64,000 nt of DNA from Myxococcales bacterium (GCA_031431215.1 JANPCZ010000013.1:8903-72902); one strand, 5' to 3'. Shown: positions 36,474 through 46,393, numbered from the stretch's first letter. The notes: generated by a model not told the origin, from the sequence alone. A program made the numbers and translations.

Positions 36474-39400
36474 GTGAAATCCATTTGGCTGCTTCGTCGT
36501 CCTCGCCTGGCCCCAGTGGGCACCTCGTTGCTGCTGTTCTTGCCGCTGCTGTCGTGCCACGAGCCCGATGGCCCAGCGGGGCGTGGCGCTCGACCGCCGG
36601 CCGACGAGGTATCGGTCGTCCGACAAGCGTTGACCACCACATTGCTGGCGAAGGCCGCCACCTGGAAGTTCCTGGATAACGGCAGCGACCAGGGAACCGC
36701 CTGGAAGGAATCCGCCTTCAACGACAGCGCATGGGCGAGCGGCCCCGCTCAGCTCGGTTACGGCGACGGCGACGAAGCCACCGGGGTCGGCTATGGCGCC
36801 GCGATCAGCAACAAGTACATCACCACGTATTTTCGCAAGGCCTTCATCGTGGGCGACAAGAGCAGCCTGGTCGCGCTGAGTCTCAACCTGTTACGTGACG
36901 ATGGCGCTGTCGTCTACCTGAACGGGACCGAGATCGCCCGAAGCAACATGCCCGCCGGAGCCGTCACGTACACGACCCGCGCCTCGACCGCGATAGGCGG
37001 CGCCGCCGAGTCCACCTACAACCCGATCGCACTGCCGGCGTCGGCACTGGCGGCCCTGCAGAACGGTAACAACCTGCTCGCCGTCGAGATCCATCAGGAC
37101 TCGCCGACCAGCTCGGACATCAGTTTCGATGTCGAGCTGTTGGCGTCGGATTCCATCTCGGTAACGCGCGGGCCGTATCTGCAGATCGGGACGCCGACCA
37201 GCGGCATCGTGCAATGGCGCACCGATGTCGCCACCAACAGCCGCGTCAGCATTGGAGCGAGCGTGGGCACGCTCGGTACCACAATCGATGACCCGACCGT
37301 CACCATGGAGCACCTGGTCCGGGTCAACGGGCTGACCGCCAACACGAAGTACTTCTATTCAGTCGGCTACACCTCGGGGGCCGGGCGCGGCATCACACTG
37401 GCGGGTGGCGACACTGAAACGTTTTTCATTACGCCTCCTATGGCGGGCACCACCAAACCCACACGCATCTGGGTGCTCGGTGATCCGGGCACGGCTCCAC
37501 TGGGCGCGACCCAGAAGCTGAACCAGATGTCGGTACGCGACGCTTACAAGACCTTGAACGGCTCCCGCTACACCGACCTTTGGCTGATGCTCGGGGATAA
37601 CGCTTACCAAAGCGGGACCGATCCCGAGTTTCAAGCTGGTGTGTTCGATATTTACCCACAATGGCTGCGACAGTCTTTCCTGTGGCCGGCCATCGGCAAC
37701 CACGAAACCAATCAACTCACCACCCCCCCGCTCACCATTCCCTATTTCCAGATTTTCACCCTGCCCACGATGGCCGAGGCCGGTGGCTACAGTTCGGGCA
37801 CCGAAAAGTACTACTCGTTCGACTACGGCAACATCCACTTTGTGTGCCTTGATTCAATGACGTCATCCCGAGCCACCAGTCCGCCATCAGCGATGGTGAT
37901 CTGGCTGGTCAATGATCTGCTGCAGAACACCAAGCCGTGGCTGGTCACGTTCTTTCATCACCCGCCCTACACCAAGGGAACCCACGATTCGGACACCGAA
38001 GTCGAATCCGTCGAGATGCGGCAGAACATCCTGCCCATCCTCGAACAGGGCGGCGTCGATCTGGTCATGACCGGCCACAGCCACGTCTACGAGCGCTCCT
38101 TCCTGATCGACGGCCACTACGGCCTATCGACCAGCTTCACCAACGCCATGAAGAAGAACAGCGGCGATGGCCGGCCCGCCGGTAGCGGCGCCTACGTCAA
38201 ACCTTCGGCCGGCATCGCGCCTCACGAGGGCACGGTGTACGTGACTGCGGGCAGTTCGGGTCAGGTGGGCACAGGACCGCTCAACCACCCGGCCATGTTC
38301 ATCTCGCTATCGCGCCTGGGCTCGCTTGTCCTGGACATCGACGGCAACCGGCTGGACGCCCAGTTCGTGCGCGAGCTGGTCACCCCCAGCCCGACCGCAC
38401 CGACCGGCGTCGCCATCGACGATACCTTCACGATCCTCAAGGGGGTCCGCCCACCGGCCGCGCCGGCCATGCTACTCGCCACCGCAGTCTCGAACACCCA
38501 GATCAACCTGGCGTGGGTGGACGCGGCTAGCGACGAGACTGGATTCAAAATCGAACGCTCACCCGACGGCACCAGCTTCATGGAGGTAAGCACCGTCAGC
38601 GCCAACGTGGCCATGTTCTCGAACATGGGTCTTTCCGCCAACACCACCTACTTCTACCGGGTGCGGGCAACCAACGCGGCTGGCAATTCGGCCTACTCGA
38701 ACGTGGCCAGCGCAAAGACGCTGAACTGCACCGGCGAGATCTGCGATGGCAAGGACAATAACTGCGACGGCAAGATAGACGAGATCTTCACCGACAAGGG
38801 CACGACGTGCACCCTGGGCACGGGCGCCTGCGCCGCCACCGGCATCATGGCGTGTCGCGGAGATGGCATGGGCACCACCTGCAACGCCACGCCCGGAATG
38901 CCCAGCCTCGAGATCTGCGACGGCAAGGACAACGACTGCAACGGTGCCACCGACGAGCTGTTCCCCGACAAGGGCAGCGTGTGCTCGGCTGGCACCGGTG
39001 AGTGCGCGAGGTCCGGCACCAAGGAGTGCACAGTGGGCGGCGCGGGCACCATCTGCAACGCGACGCCCGGAATGCCCAGCCCCGAGATCTGCGACGGCAA
39101 GGACAACGACTGCAACGGCGCAACCGACGAGCTGTTCCCCGACAAGGGCAATACCTGCACCGGCGGCGTCGGCGAGTGCGCGCGCACCGGGTCGAGGCAA
39201 TGCGCTGGCGACGGCCGCAGCACGACCTGCAGTGCGACGCCGGGCACGCCGGTGCCCGAGATCTGCGATGGCAAGGACAACGACTGCAACGGCCAGACTG
39301 ACGAGCTTTTCCCCGACAAGGGCTCCGCGTGCTCGGCCGGCATGGGCGAGTGCAGCCGTATGGGCACGAAGACCTGCGCGACCGACGGTCGCAGCACGAC

Positions 39401-40352
39401 ATGCAACGTGGCGCCCGGCGGCGCCGTGGCCGAGTTGTGCGACGGCAAGGACAACGACTGCGATGGCCAGATCGATGAGGACTTCGCCGACCGGGGTGCG
39501 GCATGTGCGGCAGGCGTGGGCGGGTGCGTGCGCATGGGTATGAAGGTGTGCTCGGCCAACGGCGCGAGCACCGTGTGCGGCGCCATGCCAGCCGCGCCGG
39601 TTGCCGAGATCTGCGATGGCAAGGACAACAACTGCGACGGCCAGATCGACGAAGCCTTCGCCGACAAGGGCACAGGCTGCAGCGTCGGCGTCGGAGCTTG
39701 CGCGCGCAAGGGCACCCGCGCGTGCGCGATGGACGGAACCTCCACCACCTGCGGCGCCACGCCCGGGCTGCCCACGCCCGAGGCCTGTGGCGACGGCGTC
39801 GACAACAATTGCAACGGAGTGATCGATGAAAACTGCACGGCGGGTGCGGGAGGCTCGGGGGGCACAGGAGTTGGCGGATCCAGCGCCGGCGGATCTGGTG
39901 GATTCGGAGCCGGCGGCTCCGGCGCGGCGGGTGTGGGTGGTTTCGGCGCCGGTGGGCGCGGCGGCTTCGGCGGTGGTGGTACCGGTGGCTTCGGTGCCGG
40001 CGATGCCGGTGGCGGTGGTGCCGGTGCCGGCGGCAGCTTCGGCGGCAGCGGTGGCTCGATCGCCGGGGGCGGCGGGGGCACGATGGCATCCGGTGATGCC
40101 GGATCGGACATTTCGGCCCCGCGCACGGACGCCGGGACAGAGCGCCCACCGGCGCCAACGCCGCTGCCGGCAGGCAGTGCTCGCCTGGCCACACGGTCCG
40201 GCTGCGCCTGTGAACTCGGCGCCCCGAGCGCCCCTCGTAGGCCCGGCATCGCGCTGGGTTGCCTGTTGCCCACTGTCGCCCTGCTATGGCGGCGCCGACA
40301 CGGGAGGCGCCGCCATGAAGTCGGCCCCACGACGAAGGGCGACGCTGTATAA
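36474..40352 (+). CDS. Large surface protein: metallophosphoesterase (purple-acid-phosphatase-like), FN3, CDGxDNDC repeats, Gly-rich region and a MYXO-CTERM-like tail
   Basis: GTG at 36474 gives VKSIWLLRRPRLAPVGTSLLLFLPLLSC (lipobox). Phosphoesterase motifs are VLGDPG, GDNAY, GNHE, FFHHPPY and GHSHVYER. FN3 is INLAWVD...FKIERS...YFYRVRA. There are six full 58-aa CDGKDNDCNG units and one partial unit. The tail is SGCACELG...LLPTVALLWRRRH. Confidence 0.8.
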   Translation: MKSIWLLRRPRLAPVGTSLLLFLPLLSCHEPDGPAGRGARPPADEVSVVRQALTTTLLAKAATWKFLDNGSDQGTAWKESAFNDSAWASGPAQLGYGDGDEATGVGYGAAISNKYITTYFRKAFIVGDKSSLVALSLNLLRDDGAVVYLNGTEIARSNMPAGAVTYTTRASTAIGGAAESTYNPIALPASALAALQNGNNLLAVEIHQDSPTSSDISFDVELLASDSISVTRGPYLQIGTPTSGIVQWRTDVATNSRVSIGASVGTLGTTIDDPTVTMEHLVRVNGLTANTKYFYSVGYTSGAGRGITLAGGDTETFFITPPMAGTTKPTRIWVLGDPGTAPLGATQKLNQMSVRDAYKTLNGSRYTDLWLMLGDNAYQSGTDPEFQAGVFDIYPQWLRQSFLWPAIGNHETNQLTTPPLTIPYFQIFTLPTMAEAGGYSSGTEKYYSFDYGNIHFVCLDSMTSSRATSPPSAMVIWLVNDLLQNTKPWLVTFFHHPPYTKGTHDSDTEVESVEMRQNILPILEQGGVDLVMTGHSHVYERSFLIDGHYGLSTSFTNAMKKNSGDGRPAGSGAYVKPSAGIAPHEGTVYVTAGSSGQVGTGPLNHPAMFISLSRLGSLVLDIDGNRLDAQFVRELVTPSPTAPTGVAIDDTFTILKGVRPPAAPAMLLATAVSNTQINLAWVDAASDETGFKIERSPDGTSFMEVSTVSANVAMFSNMGLSANTTYFYRVRATNAAGNSAYSNVASAKTLNCTGEICDGKDNNCDGKIDEIFTDKGTTCTLGTGACAATGIMACRGDGMGTTCNATPGMPSLEICDGKDNDCNGATDELFPDKGSVCSAGTGECARSGTKECTVGGAGTICNATPGMPSPEICDGKDNDCNGATDELFPDKGNTCTGGVGECARTGSRQCAGDGRSTTCSATPGTPVPEICDGKDNDCNGQTDELFPDKGSACSAGMGECSRMGTKTCATDGRSTTCNVAPGGAVAELCDGKDNDCDGQIDEDFADRGAACAAGVGGCVRMGMKVCSANGASTVCGAMPAAPVAEICDGKDNNCDGQIDEAFADKGTGCSVGVGACARKGTRACAMDGTSTTCGATPGLPTPEACGDGVDNNCNGVIDENCTAGAGGSGGTGVGGSSAGGSGGFGAGGSGAAGVGGFGAGGRGGFGGGGTGGFGAGDAGGGGAGAGGSFGGSGGSIAGGGGGTMASGDAGSDISAPRTDAGTERPPAPTPLPAGSARLATRSGCACELGAPSAPRRPGIALGCLLPTVALLWRRRHGRRRHEVGPTTKGDAV
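38736..39836 (+). repeat. Tandem coding repeat, 174-bp period, ~6.3 units
   Basis: Unit starts (GAGATCTGCGA[CT]GGCAAGGACAA...) fall at 38736, 38910, 39084, 39258, 39432 and 39606, with a partial unit at 39780. The first ~65 nt of units 2-4 are nearly identical and the remainder diverges. Confidence 0.85.
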
Positions 40353-40358
40353 AGCGGA

Positions 40359-41408
40359 ATGATCCACTCGGTGCTCCTGGCAAACCTCGCCTTGATCTCA
40401 GCCACCCCCGCCCCTTCAGTCTCCGCCTTCAGCGCCGCCGTCGACACCGACGCCGCGTCGGGGCTGAAGGTCATCGTGCTCAAGTACGACGACGCGAAGG
40501 ACCCGACGCGCAGTCTCGCCGCCCGCGTGCTGCCCGAGGCGGGCGCCAATCTGTTCTCACTGAAGATCGGCGACGACGAGCTGATGCCCCAACCGGACAA
40601 GCTGGCCGACCTCAAGCAAAACAAGACCGGCACGCCCATCCTGTTCCCGACGCCCAACCGGGTGCGCGACGCCAGCTTCACCTGGGAGCGCAAGACGTTT
40701 TCCTTCCCGGCCAGCAGCGGCAAGAACTTCATCCACGGCCTGGTGCGCACGCGTCCCTGGTCCTTCGACCCGCCGACGGCGACCGAGACCGCCGCGACGG
40801 TGACCACGTTCATCGACTGGAACGCCGAGCAGCCCGACTTCGCGCGCTTCCCGATCAAGCACCGCCTCGCCGTCACGTTCACCCTGGGCAAGCAGGGCGT
40901 ACGCATCACCTACAACGTGGACAACCGCGACAGCACGCGCCTGCCGTTCGGGTTCGCGCTACACCCCTATTTCCGCATCCCGGCCGATCGCAACGACGTG
41001 TTCGTGCGGATTCCGGTCGCCCAACGTATGGAAGCGGTGGACAAGCTGCCGACCGCGAAGCTGGTCGCGGTGGCGGGATCGCCGTTCGATCTGCGTGAGC
41101 CGGTGTCACTCGACAAGCTAGATCTCGACGACGTGTACTTCGGCTTGACCCCGTCGGCGCTGCCCGCATTCGAGTGGCGCAGCCAGGGCATCCGTATGAC
41201 CCTGGGCGCCTCGAAAGAGTTCACCCACCTGGTCATCTACACGCCGCCCGGCAAACCATTCTTCTGCATGGAGAACCAGACCTCATCGACCGATGCACAC
41301 AACCTGTTCGCCCAGGGGCACAAGAAGGAAGCTCACCTGCTGGTGGCCGAACCGGGAAAATCGGCCGCCGGCTTCGTCGACTGGAAGATCAGCCGCACGA
41401 AGAAGTGA
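40359..41408 (+). CDS. Aldose 1-epimerase (galactose mutarotase-like) family protein, secreted
   Basis: Motifs NLFSLKIG, ILFPTPNRVRD, FIHGLVRTRPW and FALHPYFRIP, with a signal-like N-terminus. Confidence 0.7.
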   Translation: MIHSVLLANLALISATPAPSVSAFSAAVDTDAASGLKVIVLKYDDAKDPTRSLAARVLPEAGANLFSLKIGDDELMPQPDKLADLKQNKTGTPILFPTPNRVRDASFTWERKTFSFPASSGKNFIHGLVRTRPWSFDPPTATETAATVTTFIDWNAEQPDFARFPIKHRLAVTFTLGKQGVRITYNVDNRDSTRLPFGFALHPYFRIPADRNDVFVRIPVAQRMEAVDKLPTAKLVAVAGSPFDLREPVSLDKLDLDDVYFGLTPSALPAFEWRSQGIRMTLGASKEFTHLVIYTPPGKPFFCMENQTSSTDAHNLFAQGHKKEAHLLVAEPGKSAAGFVDWKISRTKK

Positions 41409-41423
41409 TCACGCGCCACCCGT

Positions 41424-42077
41424 TCACGGCGGTGCCAGCGGGCGTTCGACGACCTGCCCGCCGTCGAGCACGAACAGGCGATCCGCGAGCCGCCGGGTCT
41501 CGGCCAGATTGTGCGTGATGTGCAAAGTGGTCACGCCGGTGCGCACGCGCACCGAGCGCAACAGCGCGTACATCTCCTCGCGGGTGTCGTCGTCGAGAGC
41601 CGACAGCGGCTCGTCGAGGCACAGCACGCTGGGCCCGGCGGCGATCGCGCGGCCCAGCGCCACCCGCTGCACCTCGCCGCCGCTCAGCCCCGTCGGGTGG
41701 CGGTCGAGCAGGTGTGTCACCGATAGCAACTCGCCCAGTTCGCACACCCGCGCGTCGATCGCGGCCCGCTGCCACTTGCGCACGCCGAGCGCGAACGCAA
41801 GGTTCTGGTACACGGTCATGGTCCGGAACAGCACGCCGTCCTGGGGCACGAAGCCGATGCCGCGCTCGGCCGGCGGCAGGCGCGTGACGTCGCGGCCCTG
41901 CAGGACGATGCGCCCACTTTCGATCCGACGCAGCCCGCAGATGGCTTCGAGCAACGTGGTCTTGCCGCTGCCGGTGCGGCCCATCAACACCGCGTAGCCG
42001 CCGGCCGGCACCTCGAAGCCGACGCCAGCGAGCGCGAACGCGCCGGCGCGCACGGACAGGCCCGCGATGGCGATCAT
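41424..42077 (-). CDS. ABC transporter ATP-binding protein (short, no TOBE domain)
   Basis: Walker A GRTGSGKTT, signature LSGGEVQR, Walker B LCLDEP. Confidence 0.85.
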   Translation of the reverse strand: MIAIAGLSVRAGAFALAGVGFEVPAGGYAVLMGRTGSGKTTLLEAICGLRRIESGRIVLQGRDVTRLPPAERGIGFVPQDGVLFRTMTVYQNLAFALGVRKWQRAAIDARVCELGELLSVTHLLDRHPTGLSGGEVQRVALGRAIAAGPSVLCLDEPLSALDDDTREEMYALLRSVRVRTGVTTLHITHNLAETRRLADRLFVLDGGQVVERPLAPP

Positions 42078-42886
42078 ACGAACGGCCTCTGCAGCCCGAA
42101 CAGCCGGGCCAGCACCAGCACCACCACCGCCACCGTCACCATGATGAGCGACACCGCCACCGCGGCCTCGATGTTGCCGACCGACAGTTCCAGGAACACC
42201 GTGGTCGGCAGCACCTCAGTTCGCATGCGGGTGGCGCCCGCGAAGACCAGGATGGGACCGAACTCGCCCAGCGAGCGCGCCCACGCCAACGTCGCCGCGG
42301 TCAAGCGCCCGCGCGACGATTCGGGCATGGCCACGCGCCAGAACGCCTGACTGCGCGAGCACCCCAGCGTCAGCGCAACCTGCTCGGTGCGCGGATCGAT
42401 CTGATCGAAGGTCACGCGCATCGTCCGGATGGCGAACGCGCACGCCACCACGAACTGCGCCACGATCACCGCTGGCACCGCAAACGTGACCTGCACCAGC
42501 CGCTCGACCGCGCGGCCCACGGGCGACTGGAACAGGATCAGCAGACCAAGGCCCAGCACCAGCGGCGGCAGCACGATGGGTATGTCCAGCAGAGCATCAA
42601 CGACGGTCTTGCCGGGAAAGCGAAAGCGCGACATCAAATAACCCACCGGCACCGCGACCCACAGCGACAGGATCGTGGTCACCGTGCACGACAACAGGCT
42701 CAGCTTGATGGCGGCGCGGATCTCGGGGCTGCCGAGCGCCTTCCACAGGTGGCCTGGCGTGGTGAACGTACCCATCGCGACCAGCATCGCCGCGACCAGC
42801 ACCACGTAGACGGCACCCAGAGCGGCGAGCACAGTGAAGAACGGAACGTCCGAGCGCGCGCGGCCACCACCACCAGACACGGTCAT
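42074..42886 (-). CDS. ABC transporter permease (ModB/CysT-like)
   Basis: Multiple TM segments and an EAA-like loop (ARSLGEFGPILVFAG). It overlaps both neighbours by 4 nt. Confidence 0.75.
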   Translation of the reverse strand: MTVSGGGGRARSDVPFFTVLAALGAVYVVLVAAMLVAMGTFTTPGHLWKALGSPEIRAAIKLSLLSCTVTTILSLWVAVPVGYLMSRFRFPGKTVVDALLDIPIVLPPLVLGLGLLILFQSPVGRAVERLVQVTFAVPAVIVAQFVVACAFAIRTMRVTFDQIDPRTEQVALTLGCSRSQAFWRVAMPESSRGRLTAATLAWARSLGEFGPILVFAGATRMRTEVLPTTVFLELSVGNIEAAVAVSLIMVTVAVVVLVLARLFGLQRPFV

Positions 42887-43845
42887 GGCGCGGGCGCCCG
42901 CGGTGACATCGTCCCGCGCCCGTCCCAGTCAACCGCGCCGGGCACAGGCGCAAACCCGGCGCGCGCGAAGGCGAGTTGGCCGCGATCCCGCGCCGTCAGG
43001 TAGCGCGCGAACGCCAGCGACTCGGCCAGCCGCGACGGCGCACCGTCGTCGGGCGCGGGAGCGACCACGCCCACGGTGACCAGCTCGGGCGCGGCGAACA
43101 CGTCGACCTCGACCGAGGCGAGCCCGAACTGCCGCGGCAGCGAATCCCACACGATGCCCGCGTCGGCGGCGCCGATCCGCACCGCCTGCGCGACCTCGGT
43201 GACCGTGCCCGCAAATGACAGCGCCGCACCGCCGGCCCGGCTACGCGACTCCAGCCGATCCCAAGCGCCGATCCTGCCCAGTCGTTCCTTGACGGTGCGC
43301 CCGATCGAGGCCAGCTCGGGGTTGGCGAGCGCGACCCTGACATCGTCACGCAGCAGATCGTCGATGCCTCGCACGCCTTTCGGGTTACCTGCGGCGACGG
43401 CGATGACCGGGTGGATGCGGGCGACCGGAAACGCTTCTGTGACCAGGCCCAGCGCGAGCGCGCGATCGACGTACGAGGCGTCGGCCGCCAGGAAAAGCTG
43501 CGCGCGCCCCTTCGCCACCCGCAGCTGGGCGAGCAACTTTCCCGACGGACCCGGCTCGATCTGCACGCGCACGCCGACCTCGCGCTCGAAGGCCGTTGCC
43601 ACTTCCTGCACGGGTCGCACCACGCCGGCGGCGCACAGCAGAACCAGATCGCGCGATCCCACCGTCCCCGCGCCAGACCAGACCCCGTCAGCCGCCAGCC
43701 ACCCGATCAACACCGCCGCCACCACCACCGACGCAAGCGGCGCCCACAGAGGGTGCCACGCGCGGCGGCTGCGAGCTGGCAACGTTTCGACCATGGCGAA
43801 GGCTACAGCAGCGCAACTCTCGTCACGAAAGTGAAACGGTTGCAC
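42883..43845 (-). CDS. ModA-like periplasmic substrate-binding protein (molybdate/tungstate family)
   Basis: Sequence LVLLCAAGVVRPVQEVATAFEREVGVRVQIEPGPSGKLLAQL...LFLAADASYVDRA resembles ModA. The start may instead be the internal ATG at 43794. Confidence 0.6.
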   Translation of the reverse strand: MQPFHFRDESCAAVAFAMVETLPARSRRAWHPLWAPLASVVVAAVLIGWLAADGVWSGAGTVGSRDLVLLCAAGVVRPVQEVATAFEREVGVRVQIEPGPSGKLLAQLRVAKGRAQLFLAADASYVDRALALGLVTEAFPVARIHPVIAVAAGNPKGVRGIDDLLRDDVRVALANPELASIGRTVKERLGRIGAWDRLESRSRAGGAALSFAGTVTEVAQAVRIGAADAGIVWDSLPRQFGLASVEVDVFAAPELVTVGVVAPAPDDGAPSRLAESLAFARYLTARDRGQLAFARAGFAPVPGAVDWDGRGTMSPRAPAP

Positions 43846-43896
43846 ATGACAGGGTCGTACCTCGGCAGGCCGCGAAGCTCAATCTCCGTCGGAGAA

Positions 43897-44640
43897 TCAG
43901 CGTCGCCTGGCTAGCCCGCGGATCTTGATATCGCGCACGGCCGTACCCGTGTTGTAGGTCGCGATGCCGAGCGGGCGCGACGCTTCGACCTCGGGTCGGA
44001 TGCCGATGTGCCGACCACTGATGGCCGCGTCGACGACCTTTTCGTTGTCGATGAACGCCTGGACCTTGGCGGCCGTCACCCGCACGCGCACGCGGTACCA
44101 GCGGTCCTTTGCGAAGTTCATCAAGCGGGTGGTCTCGTTCTCGGATGCGTCCATGCCGTCCAGGCTGGACAGGCCGACCACGCCCCCGCCCCAACCCCCG
44201 ACAACAAACGACAGCGGATTCTTCGCCACCGGGAAGGTGAGCGCGCAAAAAAAATCGTCGCCGTCGACCTTCATGGCGTCCAGCGAGATCTCGTAGTTGA
44301 CAAGCGGCAACTCGCCGCCGGTCCAGGTAATACCGCTCAGCGGATCGCCGCGGCGAATGATGATCTGGTTATCTTGCACGCGCACGCCGCCTTCGCCGCC
44401 GAAGTTGGTGCTCTTCCAGTGCTGCAACGACTGGCCATCGAACAAGACCTGCCAGGCGTCGTCCCCCGGCGGCGGGGCCTCGGTCTCGGGCCGGGGTGAT
44501 GCGGCGGGCTCTGTCGTTGACCGAGGCGGCGCGGCTACGGCTTTGACCGGCACCCGCGCCGGCGCGTGAGCCTGGCAGGCAGCGAGATAGATCGCGGCGA
44601 CCATGCCAGCGGCAACTTCGGCGCGCACCATCGGCGGCAT
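43897..44640 (-). CDS. DUF1080 (3-keto-disaccharide hydrolase/LamG-like) domain protein
   Basis: Internal start MPPMVRAEVAAGMVAAIYLAAC. Motif WQVLFDGQSLQHWKSTNFGGEG...NYEISLDAMKV. Confidence 0.6.
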   Translation of the reverse strand: MPPMVRAEVAAGMVAAIYLAACQAHAPARVPVKAVAAPPRSTTEPAASPRPETEAPPPGDDAWQVLFDGQSLQHWKSTNFGGEGGVRVQDNQIIIRRGDPLSGITWTGGELPLVNYEISLDAMKVDGDDFFCALTFPVAKNPLSFVVGGWGGGVVGLSSLDGMDASENETTRLMNFAKDRWYRVRVRVTAAKVQAFIDNEKVVDAAISGRHIGIRPEVEASRPLGIATYNTGTAVRDIKIRGLARRR

Positions 44641-44824
44641 GCTAGCAGACCCCTTGCCGCTCGATTGACACTTGGGCCGAGACACAAGGCTTGGACTCCG
44701 TCGCGATGCGGGATCCGCAGCACGGGTGCGCATTCCGCATCGCGCGACCGGAGCTGCGAGCCGGAACATCGGCGCTAGAGCCACGCCGATGGCAAGGCAC
44801 GCAAAATGCACAGCGAGCGCCGAA

Positions 44825-45409
44825 ATGCCCAGCCTAGAAGCGCCCTTGGACCAGCACCCGGAAGCGCAACCCACGGACGGCGAGCTGGTCGCCGGCACGC
44901 TGGCTGGACAGCGCAGCGCTTTCGAGACCCTGGTCCGCCGCCATCAAAAGTCGCTCTATTTCGTCTGCTACCGACACGTCCTCGACCACGACGCCGCGGC
45001 GGATCTGGCGCAGCGAGCGTTCATCCGCGCGATGAACAACCTGCAAGGCCTGCGCAAGGCCGACAGCTTTCGCAGCTGGCTTCTGACCATTGGTACGCGC
45101 CTGTCCTTGAACCACCTGCGCGACGCCGCGAGGACCGTCAACCAGGACATCCCGGAATGCGCGGTGGTCCCCGAAGCCAACCGCTTGCTTGAGGCGGTGG
45201 AACAATCAAGAGCGCTGCAGGCTGCGGTCTCGACCCTGCCCAACCGTCAGCGCGCGGTGATGCAGCTTCGCATCTACGAAGAGCTGCCGTTCAACGACAT
45301 CGCGCGTGTGCTATCGACCACCGCGAACGCCGCGAAAGTGAACTTCCACATGGCGGTCAAGAACCTGCAACGACAGTTGGTCCGGCCCTCTGCGCACGGT
45401 GCTCGGTAA
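44825..45409 (+). CDS. ECF sigma factor
   Basis: Region 2 is FETLVRRHQKSLYFVCYRHVLDHDAAADLAQRAFIRAMNNL. Region 4 is LPNRQRAVMQLRIYEELPFNDIARVLSTTANAAKVNFHMAVKNL. The start is uncertain (44672, 44789 or 44825). Confidence 0.8.
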   Translation: MPSLEAPLDQHPEAQPTDGELVAGTLAGQRSAFETLVRRHQKSLYFVCYRHVLDHDAAADLAQRAFIRAMNNLQGLRKADSFRSWLLTIGTRLSLNHLRDAARTVNQDIPECAVVPEANRLLEAVEQSRALQAAVSTLPNRQRAVMQLRIYEELPFNDIARVLSTTANAAKVNFHMAVKNLQRQLVRPSAHGAR

Positions 45410-45454
45410 CCAGAGCTTTCAACCCACGTAAGGGCAAGGGCGCGAGCGCTTGCC

Positions 45455-46384
45455 ATGCTACGCTGCCGCCCCATGAAGCAGCTCGTCGCCGGCAGCATGA
45501 TGGCGCTTGTCCTAGTAGCAGCCGCCCTGGTACCGGCCGCAGCGGCTGAGCCGGCACGCAAGGTCGTGGCGGTGGGCACGCGGCCCGAGAGTGTCACCCG
45601 GGGCTGGGGCGGGCGCTGGTTCGTGACCGTGATGGGCGGTGACAAGGTCGCCGGCGACGGGGCGGTGCGCGAGATCGTCGGCACCGAGACCAAGGACTTC
45701 GCCACCGGCCTGGACGAGCCGAAGGGCATCTGCTTCACCGGCAAGTTCCTGGTCGCCACCGACCTCAAGCGGGTGTGGAAGATCGACGCCAAGGGCGACA
45801 AGACCATCCTCGCCGATGACAAGGCCTTCGGAAACCCGGTCAGCTATCTCAACGACACCGCGTGCGAGCCCGGCGGTCAGGCGGTGTACGTGACCGACAT
45901 GGGCGCCAACACCAAGATGCGCGATCCCCAGGGCGCGCTGTGGCCGCTGGACAGCACCGAGGCCAAGGCCCTGCCCGCCCTGGGCCGCGTGTACCGCATC
46001 GGGCTCGACGGCAAGGTGTCGGTGGCGGTCGACACCTCGGTCGATATGAAATGTCCGAACGGCGTCAGCGTCGCGGGCAAGGGCCGGCTTCTGGTGGGCG
46101 AGTTTTTCACCGGCAACATCCTCGAGGTCAGGGGCAAGAAGATGACCGTGCTGACCACCGGACTGCGCGGCGCCGATGCGGTCGAGGACGACGGCAAAGC
46201 CAACATCTATGTGTCGAGCTGGAGCCAGGGCAAGGTATGGAAGCTGGCCAAGGGCAAGAAGGATCCCGAGGTCATTGCCGAGGGCTTCCAGTCGGCCGCC
46301 GACTTCTACCTGGACCGCGCTGGCAAGCAGTTGCTGCTGCCCGACATGAAGGCCGGCACCGTCACCTTCATCCCGCTCAAGTAG
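45455..46384 (+). CDS. Secreted beta-propeller protein (SMP-30/gluconolactonase/LRE-like)
   Basis: Signal peptide is present. Motifs LNDTACEPGGQAVYVTD and CPNGVSVAGKGRLLVGE resemble SGL-family blades. Confidence 0.5.
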   Translation: MLRCRPMKQLVAGSMMALVLVAAALVPAAAAEPARKVVAVGTRPESVTRGWGGRWFVTVMGGDKVAGDGAVREIVGTETKDFATGLDEPKGICFTGKFLVATDLKRVWKIDAKGDKTILADDKAFGNPVSYLNDTACEPGGQAVYVTDMGANTKMRDPQGALWPLDSTEAKALPALGRVYRIGLDGKVSVAVDTSVDMKCPNGVSVAGKGRLLVGEFFTGNILEVRGKKMTVLTTGLRGADAVEDDGKANIYVSSWSQGKVWKLAKGKKDPEVIAEGFQSAADFYLDRAGKQLLLPDMKAGTVTFIPLK

Positions 46385-46393
46385 CCGGCGGCC

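Noticed and set aside
38693-40909. 738-aa and 512-aa minus-strand ORFs across the repeat region
   Set aside because: They lie antisense to the strongly supported multi-domain surface protein and the epimerase gene. Their low-complexity Pro/Ser/Arg composition simply mirrors the sense-strand repeats.
43846-43896. A molybdenum-cofactor riboswitch upstream of the ModA-like gene
   Set aside because: Only about 50 nt separate it from the upstream gene, which is too short for the known riboswitch. No conserved motif was seen.
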